From contig NC_086108.1 in NCBI RefSeq assembly GCF_963921235.1, positions 105,216,001 through 105,280,000 on the forward strand: DNA of 64,000 nt, in the 5' to 3' direction. Shown piece after piece: positions 14,227 through 25,979 of this stretch. The notes beneath the pieces are model-generated. The model was given only the letters and a program-made list of their open reading frames with translations. It had not been told where the DNA came from and ran no database searches. A program made the position numbers and the translations under genes. This DNA comes from Mobula hypostoma (taxonomy: Eukaryota). Every line of letters starts with the position of its first letter. Positions within the stretch are counted from its first letter, which is position 1.

Positions 14227-14766
14227 CACTCAGTGGCCACTTTATTAGGTACCGATGAGTGTATGTTCATGGTCTTCTACTGCTGTAGACTACCCACTTC
14301 AAGGTTCAATGTGCTGTGCATTCTGAGATGCTCTGCTGCTCACCATTGTTGTAATGTGGGGCTATTTGAATTGCTTTTACTTTCCTGTCAGCTTGAAACA
14401 GTCTTGCCATTCTCCTCCGAACTCTCTCATTAGATTTTGACAATAGAACTGCCACGCACTGGATTATTGCTTCTCCCACAATTCTCTGTAGCTGTAGAGA
14501 CTGTTATGCATGAAAATCCCAGGTGATCAGCAGTTTCTGAGATACTCAAACCACCCCTTCTGACACCAACAATCATTCCATGGTGAAATCATTCCACGTG
14601 GATCATACTTCTTCCCCATTCTGATGTCTGGTCTAAACAAAGACCGAACCTCTTGACCATGTCGGCATGCTTTTATGAGTTGAGTTGTGGCCACGTGATT
14701 GGCTGATTAGATATTTGCATTAATGAGCAGGTGTATAGATGCACCTTATAAAATGGCCACTGAGTG
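14227..14766. mobile_element. Tc1/mariner-type non-autonomous element (MITE)
   Basis: TA|CACTCAGTGGCCACTTTATTAGGT … ACCTTATAAAATGGCCACTGAGTG imperfect TIRs; fragments of the same family at about 5000-5260 and 27820-28130. Confidence 0.75.
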
Positions 14767-15057
14767 GACACTGGGGTGCAATGGAATCGTTGCTCGTCTG
14801 AAGTTTACAAAGTAAACAGTATATATGATAATAATAAATAAAACAAGCAGTAAACAATTATTTGGGGCTCGATAGAAATGTAGTGGTTAGTGCAACACTT
14901 TTACAGCTTGGGGCATTGGGGTTTGGAATTCAATTTCAATGCTGTTTGTAAGGAGTTTGTATGTTCTTCCCTGGGTTTTCTCTGGATGCTCTAGTTTCCT
15001 CCCACATCCAGAAGATATACCAGTTAGTAAGTTAACTGGCCATTGTGTCCTGTGATT

Positions 15058-15609
15058 GAGGCCTCTGTTGGTCAAGGTCGACTATAGATATGCAAGCCTG
15101 GGCAGTACGATAGGGGGAGCGAGCTTGTTGGTCATGTAGCAAGCTCCTTCTCTCTACGCATCTGATGAACCCAAAGGGACGGCAGAGACAGATACGGTTT
15201 GGTACTAGCAGTGTCGTAGGAGTTGCCAGTCAGCATTGAACTCAACGGAGGACTGCCTCAGGGACTCCAGCTCTGGATTTTTCCCTCAGGGTGTACTCCC
15301 AAAGCCTTCCCATTGAGCAGAGATAGTCACAAGGCCGTGGAGGTTTGACCAGAGTTTTCCTTCTCCTGGATGTGCTGCCAACTACAACTGATGAGCCCCA
15401 TCTGTCTGAAGAGACTGGTTTTAAGGCACGAGTCACCTGACTTTGATCCTTCTCTTGTCAGTAGAAACGGCTCTTCCTAGCTCAGTGGCTAAGGCAGGTG
15501 CTGGACTCGGTTGTCAGAGGCTATTGAGATGCATGCTGTTGGGAGCATTTAATAGGTAGTAAGAGCTCACCCCCATTACCAACCCAAGCTATAACAACCT
15601 CAAGGGACC
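15058..15609 (-). mobile_element. Non-autonomous retroposon (RTE-UTR-like) inserted in a SINE
   Basis: 12-bp TSD TGTCCTGTGATT at 15046-15057 and 15610-15621; no coding remnant; the RTE assignment is by resemblance only. Confidence 0.6.
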
Positions 15610-16215
15610 TGTCCTGTGATTAGGCTAGGGTTAAATAGATGAGTTGCTGGCCGATCGGCTTGTTGAGCTGGAAGGGCCTGATCTACACTGTACTGTAAAA
15701 TACAGCAATGACCAGAAAACAGCAGAATGGTGCAAAACATTGTAGTGTTATCTGAGATAGTGTAAACTGAAATGCTAAATTGACAATAACAGAATAGCCC
15801 AGAGAGATAGAACTAAGAATATTTTTTTCCCTGAAGAACTTGGCATTCTGAAATTGAAACAGCAAGTGATGAAAAAGTAGTGGAATGAGAACTGACCAGA
15901 GTTTCCCAATGAGGGACTAGGGCTGTGAATTGCACAGACCCTAGCTGGAAGTATTATGAACTCTGCATGCGTTTCCTATTTTTAATAATTTAAATTTGTT
16001 TTAATTTGGTCTTTTGATCACAGTGATGACTAATTGCTCTGCTTCTTTTGAGTATTTTTGTTTATTTAGTGATATGCAGAGTAATGAGCACTTCCCATCC
16101 AATGAGCCTCTGCTGCCCCAATTACACCCATGTGACCAATCAATCTACTAATTTATACGTCTTTAGAATGTTTGAGGAAACCGGAGCAAACAGAGGAAAT
16201 CCTCATTGTCACATG

Positions 16216-16664
16216 TGTTGGACTCATACTTCAAAACATTAAACTAATTCAAAGGAAGACACAGGAGTCCAAAATAGACCGTAGGGCCGTAAGATGTAGT
16301 AGCAGGTTTAGGCCATTTGGTCTATTTCATCATGGCTCTTTTCCTCTCAGCCCCAGTCTCCTGCCTTCTCCCCGTATCCCTTCATGCCCTGACCAATCAA
16401 GAATCCATCAACCCCTGTCTTAATATTACATAAAGGCTTTGCCTCCACAGCTGTCTGTGGCAAGAATTCCACAGAAATGTGAGTCTTAACTTCATGTTTA
16501 TTTTAAGCGATACATGGGCAAATCACATGGTAGCATCGTGACATATGGAATTCACATGTTTTTACATATAATCAAAATGAATTATTTAAATGAACAAGAA
16601 TGCTTAATTAAACAATATATTTACAATACTATTCAAGAACTACTAAAATATTAAATACACAACA
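16216..16664 (-). mobile_element. Probable solo LTR interrupted by a CR1 tail (about 16275-16476)
   Basis: TGTTG…CAACA termini interrupting a SINE core; minus-strand AATAAA near 16497-16502; no clear TSD. Confidence 0.45.
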
Positions 16665-17007
16665 GGAAGAACATACAAACTCCTTATAGACAGTGGAAGG
16701 AATTGAACTCGGGTTCAAAGTTCAAAGTACACTTTTTATCAAAGTACTTATATGTCACCTTATACTACCCTCAGATTCATTTTCTTGAGGGCATTCACAG
16801 TAGAACATAGAAATGCAATATAATCAAGGAAAAACTATACACAAAGACTGCCAAAAAATCAATGTGCAAAAGAAGATAAACTGCGCAAATATAAAAATAA
16901 CAATAATCAATAGCAAATAAGTAATACAGAGAACATGAGTTGTAGAGTTCTTGAAAGGGAATCAGAAGGTTGTGGAATCAGTTCAGTGTTGAAGTAAGTG
17001 AAGTTAT

Positions 17008-17174
17008 AGAATCATAGAAACATAGAAAATAGGTGCAGGAGTAGGCCATTCGGCCCTTCGAGCCTGCACCGCCATTCAGTATGATCATGGCTGATCATCC
17101 AACTCAGAACCCTGTACCTGCCTTCTCTCCATACCCCTGATCCCTTTAGCCACAAGGGCCATATCTAGCTTCCT
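17008..17174 (-). mobile_element. Young CR1 subfamily 3' end, copy 2
   Basis: 5-bp TSD GTTAT (17003-17007, 17175-17179). Confidence 0.9.
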
Positions 17175-19454
17175 GTTATCCTCAACCGTTCAGGAGTCTG
17201 ATGGTTGAATGGTAATAACTGTTCCTGAACTTGGTGGTGTGGTACCTAATGCTCCTGTACCTCCTTCCTAATGGCAGCAGGAAGAAGAGAGCTGACCTGG
17301 ATGGTGAGGGTGGAATGCTGCATTTTTATGGTAGCATTGTGTTAAATGCCACGACACTATGCCACTCAAATTTTACGTTCCAGTTTATGAACTGAATGTA
17401 ATAATTGTTAAATTACAGATTATTAACTTGGGAGGGATTTCAAGATTTAAAGATTCAAAGTACATTTATTATCAAAAAATGTATAAGTTATACAATCTTG
17501 AGACATGTTTGCTTACAGGTAGTCGCAAAGTAGAAACCCGATAGAACCCAATAAAAAAATAAAGACCAACTTCCAATACGCATTGAGAAAAAAAAGCAGA
17601 AATCATGCAGACAACAGAAACGAGCAACAACAGTATTCCAAACCAAATTGAGTCCTTAGGTCCAAATCCTTGGAGTGACCCAGAGTAGGCCCAAAGCCTC
17701 AGTATTCTGTTCATCATATTAGGTGGCGCAAATTGCTCCAAGGTTCACAGGCAGTTTCCAACTGTAGCACCATGAAGAGAGGGGCCCTCAGTCTATTTGG
17801 CCTGTGGAGTCCATACAGCAGATCATGCCTCGCATTAGGACCCAGGCTCCACTGCTCCACTGTGGTAACTCGCTCTGGGCCTAGATTTTGCTGCTGCAGA
17901 ATCTGTTCTCGACCTCTCTAAATCGGCTTGGTGCTTACAGCGATCCACCCTCACACCCAGGTTAGTTGGACAGACATCAGAATCCCTCTGCCTCGGATTC
18001 GCCTCTCCGAATCATTCACTCCAACCTGCACAGCTCCAACTCCATGCGCTTCGATTTTGCAGCACGCTAGCAGGGCTCACGTCATTAATTTGCTTTGCCT
18101 TTGTTCACCCCTTCATTGTTTGTGGTGATAGTTTACCACAATTTACTTGAAAAATGTGTTATAATTAATGTTTTTAATCAAATTTCTTTGCCTTTGGACT
18201 ACCAATTAGCTATCATGTGTCTTCGATAACACCATTTTAAACTGGAACCAGATCGCAATTCAGTTCTCTGGGGACTTAATCCAGGTCTCTAGTCTGCTAG
18301 TCCACAGTTCCGAAAACAATGCTTCATTATTCCTGCTCATATCCCAGGGCTAGTACTGACTCCCATTGAAGAAAGTACTTACCAGCGTCACCCAAAGAAA
18401 AGCGTTTAAGAGCTGAACTGCATGATATTGTCTTAGCTTCAGAGCTAGTGGAGAGGGTGGGGGCTGGTGTTTACTTTGTAGCTTTGGTTTGCAGAAGTCC
18501 AGTGTATTTCAGAGTCAAACCCCACCCAGTTCAGATGTGCTGAAGTATTCTCAGCAGTTATTTAACCCTTATCATCTTATACACCTCTATCAAATCACCT
18601 TGACTGAGGTGCATAAAACGATGAGAGGCAGAGATAGAGTGGAGAGCCAGCAACTTTTCCCCAGGTCAGAAATGGCTAATACGAAGGGGCATAATTTTAA
18701 GGTGATTGGAGGAAAGTATAGGGGGGAATGTCAGAGGTATGCTTTTTTACACAGATGATCTTAGGTGCATAGAATACACTGTTGGGGCTGGTAGTAGACA
18801 CAGACACATTAGGGCCATCTGAGAGACCCTTTGATAGGCATATGGATGGAAGAAAAATGGAGTGTTACATGGGAGGAAAGGGTAGTTTCTCAGAGTAGGT
18901 TAAAAGGTCAGCATAACATCATGGGCTGAAGAGACGGTACTGCGGTGGTTGTCCATCGTGTTTGTTGATGACAGGAAACCTGTGTGGGAGAGTTTTTAAA
19001 GTGGAAAAGTTGTTACACTGAGGCACCTCCACCACCTAGGTCATTCTCTCTTCTTGCTGCTGCCATCAGGAAGTAGGGACAGAGCCTCAGGATTCACACC
19101 ACCAGGTTCAGGAACAGTTTTTACCCTCAATCATCAGGCTGTTGAACCAGAGGGGATAACTTCACTCAAATTCATTCGCCCCATTACGGAACTGTTCCCA
19201 CAACCTATGGACTCACTTTCAAGGACTCTTCATCTCATGTTCTCAATATTTATTGCTTATTTACTTATTATTATTATTTCTTTCTTCTTGCATTTACAGT
19301 TTGTTGTGTTGTCTTTTGCACACTGGTTGAACGCTGGAATTGGTATGGCTTTACATTGATTCTGTTGTGGTTATTGGATTTATTGACGATGCCCACAAGG
19401 AAGTGAATCTCAGGTTTGTGTATGATAACATGTACATATGTCCTTTGACATATT

Positions 19455-19790
19455 GGCACATGGCCAAGTGGTTAAGGCATTGGACTAGCGACCTGAAGGT
19501 CGTGAGTTCGAGCCCCAGCCAAGGCAACGTGTTGTGTCCTTGAGCAAGGCACTTAATCACATCCTGCTCTGCGACGACACTGGTGCCAAGCTGTATGGGT
19601 CCTAATGCCCTTCCCTTGGACAACATCAGTCTTGTGGAGAGGGGAGACTTGCAGCATGGGCAACTGCTGGTCTTCCATACAACCTTGTCCAGGCCTGCGC
19701 CCTGGAGAGTGAAGACTTTCCAGGCGCAGATCCATGGTCTCGCAAGACTTAACAGATGCCTCTGTTATTATTTATTTGTTACTTATTGAT
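19455..19790 (+). mobile_element. tRNA-derived SINE with RTE-type 3' tail
   Basis: A box TGGCCAAGTGG (19461), B box GTTCGAGCC (19506); the 3' end matches the RTE end at 56725-56773. Confidence 0.85.
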
Positions 19791-20749
19791 AATAAATTTA
19801 CTTTGAACTTTGAAATTTCATGTACAAGATAAACAACAAAACAAACCATGGCACAAGTACAAGATTGAGAAATGTAGTTTTGATAAGTATTAGAGCTTAT
19901 TACGTCTCTTCAAGAACCTGATAGTTTCATTTAATATCAGAGAAATGTATACAATATACATCCTGAAACACACAAAATGCTGGATGTAACATATATGGAA
20001 ACGAGTAAACAGTCAATGTTTCGGGTTGAGACTTTGGTCTGTTGAGATCCTCCAGCGTTTTGCGTGTGTTGCATGGATTTCCAGCATCTGCAGATTTTCT
20101 CATGTTTGTGATTGGAATACTTCCAGAAGCTCTTGTTCTTTGCAGACATCCACAAAAACACAGGAGTGCCCCTATGAATGAGTGTCAGTTAAAATGTTAG
20201 AACCCCAAAGCGCCCCAACTCCCCCCTCCCACGCACAAGCAGCAACAAAGTAACGAACCTCCACCACCCACACTGACTTCCGCAAAAAAACATCAGCACC
20301 CTCCACCCACCAAGCAAGCAATATAATAAAGACCATGTTCATGCCACAGTCTCTCTCTCTCTCTCTCCCTAATAAAGGGGAAAAAAGTGGTGTCCCTTTT
20401 CATTGTCAGAAAGGAGACATAACAAAGCAATTCACTGATTTAGGTGTTAAAAGAAGCTAATGTTGAATGTTGAGGAGTGTGTCCACCAGAGAATGATGGT
20501 TACAGCCCAGTTCATTATAGGCAAAGTCCTCCTCACTATATAGTATATTTACTCGGACCACTGTCACAAGAAAGCAGCATCCATTAACAGGGATTCCCAC
20601 CAGCCAGGTCTTGCTCTCTTCTCCCTACTATTATTGGGTAGGAGGAACAGGAGTCTTAGGTCCCACCCCCACCAGGTTCAGGAAAAGTTATCACCCTTCA
20701 ACCATCAGGCCCCTCAATCAGCATGGATAATGTCATTCACCTCAACTCT

Positions 20750-23274
20750 CTGACAATATTTTTATTAGTTTCTACATAAAAGAATACAAAGTACAAGAAA
20801 GTATATATAAAGGTAAAAAACAACTGCCAATTACATTATATCTGTTCATAATTACAATCTCATTACCCCATATTCATGTAGGTTATTCAAAGTTCTATTG
20901 AAATATACTAATCTATTACAATTTTATTACAAAAAAAAATCTAACCCCTACCAAGACCGAAGCTGTTTATTAAGGAGAAAAAAAATGTAAAGTACCTTCT
21001 CGGATAATAAAAATTAATAATAGCCAACATCTAAATTTAAACAACCAATTGAGAGTTTTGAAAGTTTTGAAAATAATTCAGAAAGGGTCCCCACAATGTT
21101 TGAAAGTCTTGACGAGATTCAGAAATTGAACAACAGATCTTCTCTAATTCTAAGCATGACATAACATCGCACAACCACTGAGCATGAGTAAGAGGAGAAA
21201 CTTATCCTAAAAAAGAACAAGGATCCAACTGAATGTTCTTCATATAGGCCAATTTCACTACTTAATGTAGATACTAGAATTCTTTCTAAAGCTCTGGCTC
21301 ATAGGATTGAAAATATTTTACCTTCTATTATTTCTGATGATCAGACTGGATTTATTACAGACCGACATTCCCACTTTAATATACGTCATGTATTAAATGT
21401 TACTTACTCTCCTTCTCAGGAGCTATCGGAATGTGTGATATCCTTAGATGCTGAGAAGGCCTTCGATCAGGTTGAATGTAAATATTTATTTAAAACCTTA
21501 GAAAAATTTAATTTTGGACCAGATTTTATTCAATGGAGTAAATTACTTTATTTATCTCCTTCTGCTCGAATTCTTACTAATTTTCAAAATTCCAAACCAT
21601 TTAAACTTCACCGCGGAACTAGACAAGGCTGTCCGTTGAGTCCTTTGCTTTTTGATTTAGCTTTAGAACCCCTTGCCATTGCTTTTCAAGAATCTAATGA
21701 TATCTGTGGTATTTCAAGGAGAGGTATTACCCACAAAATCTCGCTTTATGCTGATGATATATTGCTTTTTATCTCTAATGTTGAGATTTCGTGACCTTGT
21801 GTACTTTCTTTACTCTCCCGTTTTAGCCAGTTTTCAGGATATAAATTGAACCTACATAAGAATGAATTATTTCCTTTAAATAATTTGCTATCAATTAATA
21901 CTAATCTTCCTTTTAAAATTGTAAGGAATCAATTTACTTATTTGGGTGTAACAATCACTAAGAATTACAAACACCTGTTTAAAGAAAACTTTCTTACTTT
22001 ATTGAACCATGTAAAAAAGATATTATTGAATTGGTCACCTCTTTCAATATTGTTGATTGGACGAATTAATTCTATTAAAATGAATATTCTACCTAAGTTT
22101 ATATATCTTTTTCAGGCTTTACCCGTTTTTATTCCTAAATCCTTTTTTGACTCTCTTGAATCTATTTTATCCTCCTATATATGGAAAAATAAACGTCCTC
22201 GTTTAAATAAAGTTCATCTTCAAAACCCTAAAAAGCCTGGAGGGCTAATTTTAGGTTTTATTACTGGGCAGTTAATATACGATATCTTACGTTTTGGATG
22301 TATTATATTAATTGCGTAGACTGTCCGGTATGGGTTTATTTAGAAGCTAATTCTGTTAATAAATTTTCTATTATTTCTCTTCTTGGATCCTCACTTCCTT
22401 TATTTGTAAGTAAACTAAATGATAATTTAATAGTTAAACATACTCTGAGGATCTGGATACAATTTAGAAAACATTTTGGTTTAATGAGATTTTCCCTTTC
22501 TAGTCCCATTTATTCTAATTTTTTTTTAAACCCGCCATGACTGATTTAGTTTTTAAAAGAATGGGACAGGTTGGGTATTAAATGTTTTTGGGATCTGTTT
22601 GTTGGAGGAAATCTTTTTTAATTTGAGCAATTGTCAGCTAAATATAGCCTACTCAAAACTCACTTTTTTAGATATATACAAATTAGAGACTTTCCAAGAT
22701 CTCAATTATGCACATTTTCTATAAGCTCAGATAAGAACTTACTAGATGTAATTTTTAATTTGACACCTTTTTATAATGCTTCAATATCTAATATTTATGG
22801 TATGTTACTGGAGACGAGGAATGTTCCTTTAGACAAAATTAAGAATCTCTGGGAACAAGACTTACAGAATCAATATCTGAGGAAACTTGGAACGAAATTT
22901 TTAAACTGATTAATACGTCATTACTATGTGCTCGCCATTCCCTCATACGATTTAAGCTGGTACATAGAGTCCATATGACTAAAGATAAGCTATTTCGTTT
23001 TTATTCAGATATATCTCCCTACTGTGACAGATGTAATAATGGAGAAGCTTCATTAATTCATATGTTTTGGACTTGTCCGTGTCTTGAAAAATATTGGAAG
23101 GAAGTTTTGCAAACTTTTTCTTTACTTTTCAAAGTCAATTTTAAGTCTAATCCTCTGACGGTCCTATTCGGTATTGTTGCTGGACAAGATATCAAGTTGG
23201 ACATCAGATTTACATATTTTGGCCTTTAGCTCTCTTATAGCTAGGAGGGCGCTTATGTTTAAATGGAAAGATGT
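20750..23274 (-). mobile_element. L1-clade LINE, 5'-truncated with 5' inversion (3' part minus 20750-21201, inverted part plus 21202-23274)
   Basis: 14-bp TSD TTCACCTCAACTCT (20736-20749, 23275-23288); ORF2 motifs SLDAEKAFD, RGTRQGCPLSPLLF, LYADD, CDRC…HMFWTC; AATAAA on minus 20761-20766. Confidence 0.92.
21202..23274 (+). pseudogene. Degraded L1 ORF2 (RT and C-terminal CCHC domain)
   Basis: ORF pieces 21435-21794, 21846-22319, 22298-22540, 22631-22909 and 22975-23229 separated by stops and frameshifts. Confidence 0.9.
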
Positions 23275-23679
23275 TTCACCTCAACTCTGAACTGATTCCA
23301 GAACCTATAGACTCTCTTTCAAACACTCCACAACCCATGTTCTCAGTATTATTTATTTAGTTGTTTATATATTATTATTTGTATAGATTTTCACAATTTT
23401 TATTGTATTTATTTTCTGTAGATGCCTGCAAGAAAATGAATCGCAAGGGACTATAAAGTGACACACGTACTTTGCTGATAAATTTCCTTTGACTTTGGCT
23501 TTGAGTAAGTCTTTGAACTCCAGTACCTCCTGCTTGATGGCAGCATTGAGAAGGGAGTATGATCTGGGTGGTGGGGGTCCCTGAAGATGCCTTCTCTCTT
23601 GTAGATGACCCTGATGGTGGTGAGAGCTCTACCTGTGAAACAATATGGTACTGATAGACCATGTAATGGGCCCTGCAGG

Positions 23680-24030
23680 TCGGGCAGCATCCCTGGAAAT
23701 GATCAGTCAATGTTTCGGGCTGGAATCCTTCATCAGAACTGAAGAGGGAGGGGGAAGAGGCCCTATAAAGAAGGTGGGGGGAGGGTGGGGAGGAGAAGGC
23801 TGGTAGGTGCCAGGTGAAAAACCAGTAAAGGGAAAGATAAAGGGCTGGGGGAGGGGAAGCAGGGAGGGGATATTATAGGGCCTCTGTATCTTCCCTCTTC
23901 AGTCCTGACGAAGGGTTCCGGCCTGAAACATTGACTGATCATTTCCACGGCTGCTGCCTGACCTGCTGAGTTCCTCCAGTGTGTTGTGAGTGTTGCTTTG
24001 ACCCCAGCATCTGCAGATTATTTTGTGTTT
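23680..24030. repeat. Palindromic Penelope-derived repeat
   Basis: Inverted arms GGAAATGATCAGTCAATGTTTC / GAAACATTGACTGATCATTTCC, each carrying a hammerhead-like core. Confidence 0.75.
23900..23937 (+). ncRNA. Minimal type I hammerhead ribozyme-like motif
   Basis: CAGTC-CTGACGA-A-GGGT(TCCG)GCCT-GAAAC-ATT-GACTG: helix I CAGTC/GACTG, core CUGANGA and GAAA. Confidence 0.6.
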
Positions 24031-24590
24031 ACCATGTAATGGGCCATTTGGCCCATTAAAACCATGCAATCCATTAGTTCCATAACTCTGAAACTTATTC
24101 TTCCAAGCAAAGAGATCGTCTTAGTCTACCTCTTCACCTCCAGTTGGACAAATGTGTCTCCCCAGGATTCAATTTGATGAATGATTTTCAAGTTCTCAAT
24201 ACTGAAAGATTATCAAGGTTGAGTTTATTGTCATATACACAAGTACATGTCTGCACAGATATAATGAAAAGCTTGCTCCTGGTTCCAGTGAGGTGGCGGC
24301 ACGTTCAATCGCAACTGCTTCTATAGGGTCAACCAAAGGCGATATTGTCCTTTTCAATCATATTTTTATAAGATTGCAAGACCTTGCTGGACATTAAGAA
24401 CTTAAAAGTACAGCATGTCCACCCCATCAGTGAGTTGCTTGCTGGCGGAGAAAATGAAGGAACTGCGCATCGTAATGCTGCCTGCGGCAAAGGAAACGTG
24501 CAGTCTAACAATGAGTGACCATCTTGGTCGCTTTCCTTGCGATCGGAAGACTCTTTTGGACATTGTTAATGTGGAATGACACAAGTATGG

Positions 24591-24819
24591 TGAGGCACCT
24601 TCAATAACTCCAAAAGACTGAGGTTGGGTTAAATACCGAAAGTCTTTTATTCGCTGTACAATACGACCTCCATGGTGAGTGTCTGCCCCCGGACTGAGGG
24701 GGAGGGGCAACGCGAAATCACCTTTATACAGGAATCTATGGGAGGAGCCACAGGGGCAGTCAACAGAGGGGCGTGTCCAGACAGTTAACCCAGTCACAAC
24801 GTATATATGGTTTACCACA
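24591..24819 (-). mobile_element. Solo LTR of the Gypsy family at 39224-43655
   Basis: TG…CA termini, perfect 5-bp TSD TATGG (24586-24590, 24820-24824), colinear with the element's LTRs. Confidence 0.95.
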
Positions 24820-25219
24820 TATGGCGCACTGATTTATTGGCAGACGGTAGAGGAGCTGTGTGACCTCGGCTGTAGAGAGGTTAGGCCTCAAGCCGCAGTG
24901 TGGCCTGTTTACAGCTACCAGGAGAGAATCACTGGAGTCGGTGCACTTCACTGAGGACATGTGGTGCTGTGTCCAGGCTGGAGTCAGTGCTGCCCCCTCC
25001 CCCTGTGTTCACTTGGCAGAAGACAAATTTGTGGTATTGTGGTCAACTGCAGATTTATGCAGCATTCATGGCTCAGGTCTGGACTAGATTTTCTACTTGG
25101 CAGTTTCTTACTGATATCTTTATGTGCTCAAACACAAGGAATTCTGCAGATGCTGGAAATTCAAGCAACACACATCAAAGTTGCTGGTGAACGCAGACAG
25201 CATCTCTAGGAAGAGGTAC

Positions 25220-25255
25220 AGTCGACGTTTCAGTCCGAGACCCTTCGTCAGGACT
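25220..25255 (-). ncRNA. Minimal hammerhead ribozyme-like motif in a Penelope-derived repeat (about 25130-25280)
   Basis: Minus strand AGTC-CTGACGA-A-GGGT(CTCG)GACT-GAAA-CGTC-GACT with a GUC cleavage triplet; one helix II mismatch. Confidence 0.6.
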
Positions 25256-25979
25256 AACTGAAGGAAGAGCTAGTAAGAGATCTTTATGCGCTCGCTATTT
25301 TGTGTGCTTTGTGCTATGTGACTGTTGGTGTTGTGTTTTGCACCTTGGACCCAGAGTAATGCTGTCTCATTTGGCTGTTTTCATGGGTATTCATGTGCAA
25401 GGTTGAATGACAATTAAATTTGAATTGAATTGATTACTTGCAGCAGCATCACAGGCACATAGTATCAGAGAAGCAACATTCACAAGAAATAGATCATAAA
25501 CGGTACACAATTTTTACAAGGAAGAACATAATCAGAACAGAAGTAGTCTATTTTACTGCAAAGTGATCACAGTGTTGCTAAACTGTAGTGAATTAGGGTT
25601 TTTCTAGTTGGTTCAAGAACTGAATGATTGAAGGGAAGTAGCAGTTCCTGAACCAGGTGGTGTGGAACATCAGGCTTCTGTACCTCCTGATTGATGATAG
25701 CCGTGAGAAGTTGGCATGACCCAGGTGGTGGGGATCTTTGATGATGGATGTTGCCTTTTTGAGGCAGCACCTCCTGTAGATACAACTGATGGTGGGGTAT
25801 GTGATGTTCCCATGATGAATTAGGCTGTGCCCACTACTCTGTGCAGCTTCACGTTTCCTCCACATTCGAATTGCCATAATTATTCAAAGATTCAAAGTAT
25901 ATTTATTATTGAAGCATGTATGCAGTATACATCCCTGAGATTCATCTTTTCACAGACAGCCATGAAACAAAGAAACACT

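Noticed and set aside
19455..19530. tRNA gene
   Set aside because: No T-run terminator; it continues into a SINE body and RTE-like tail
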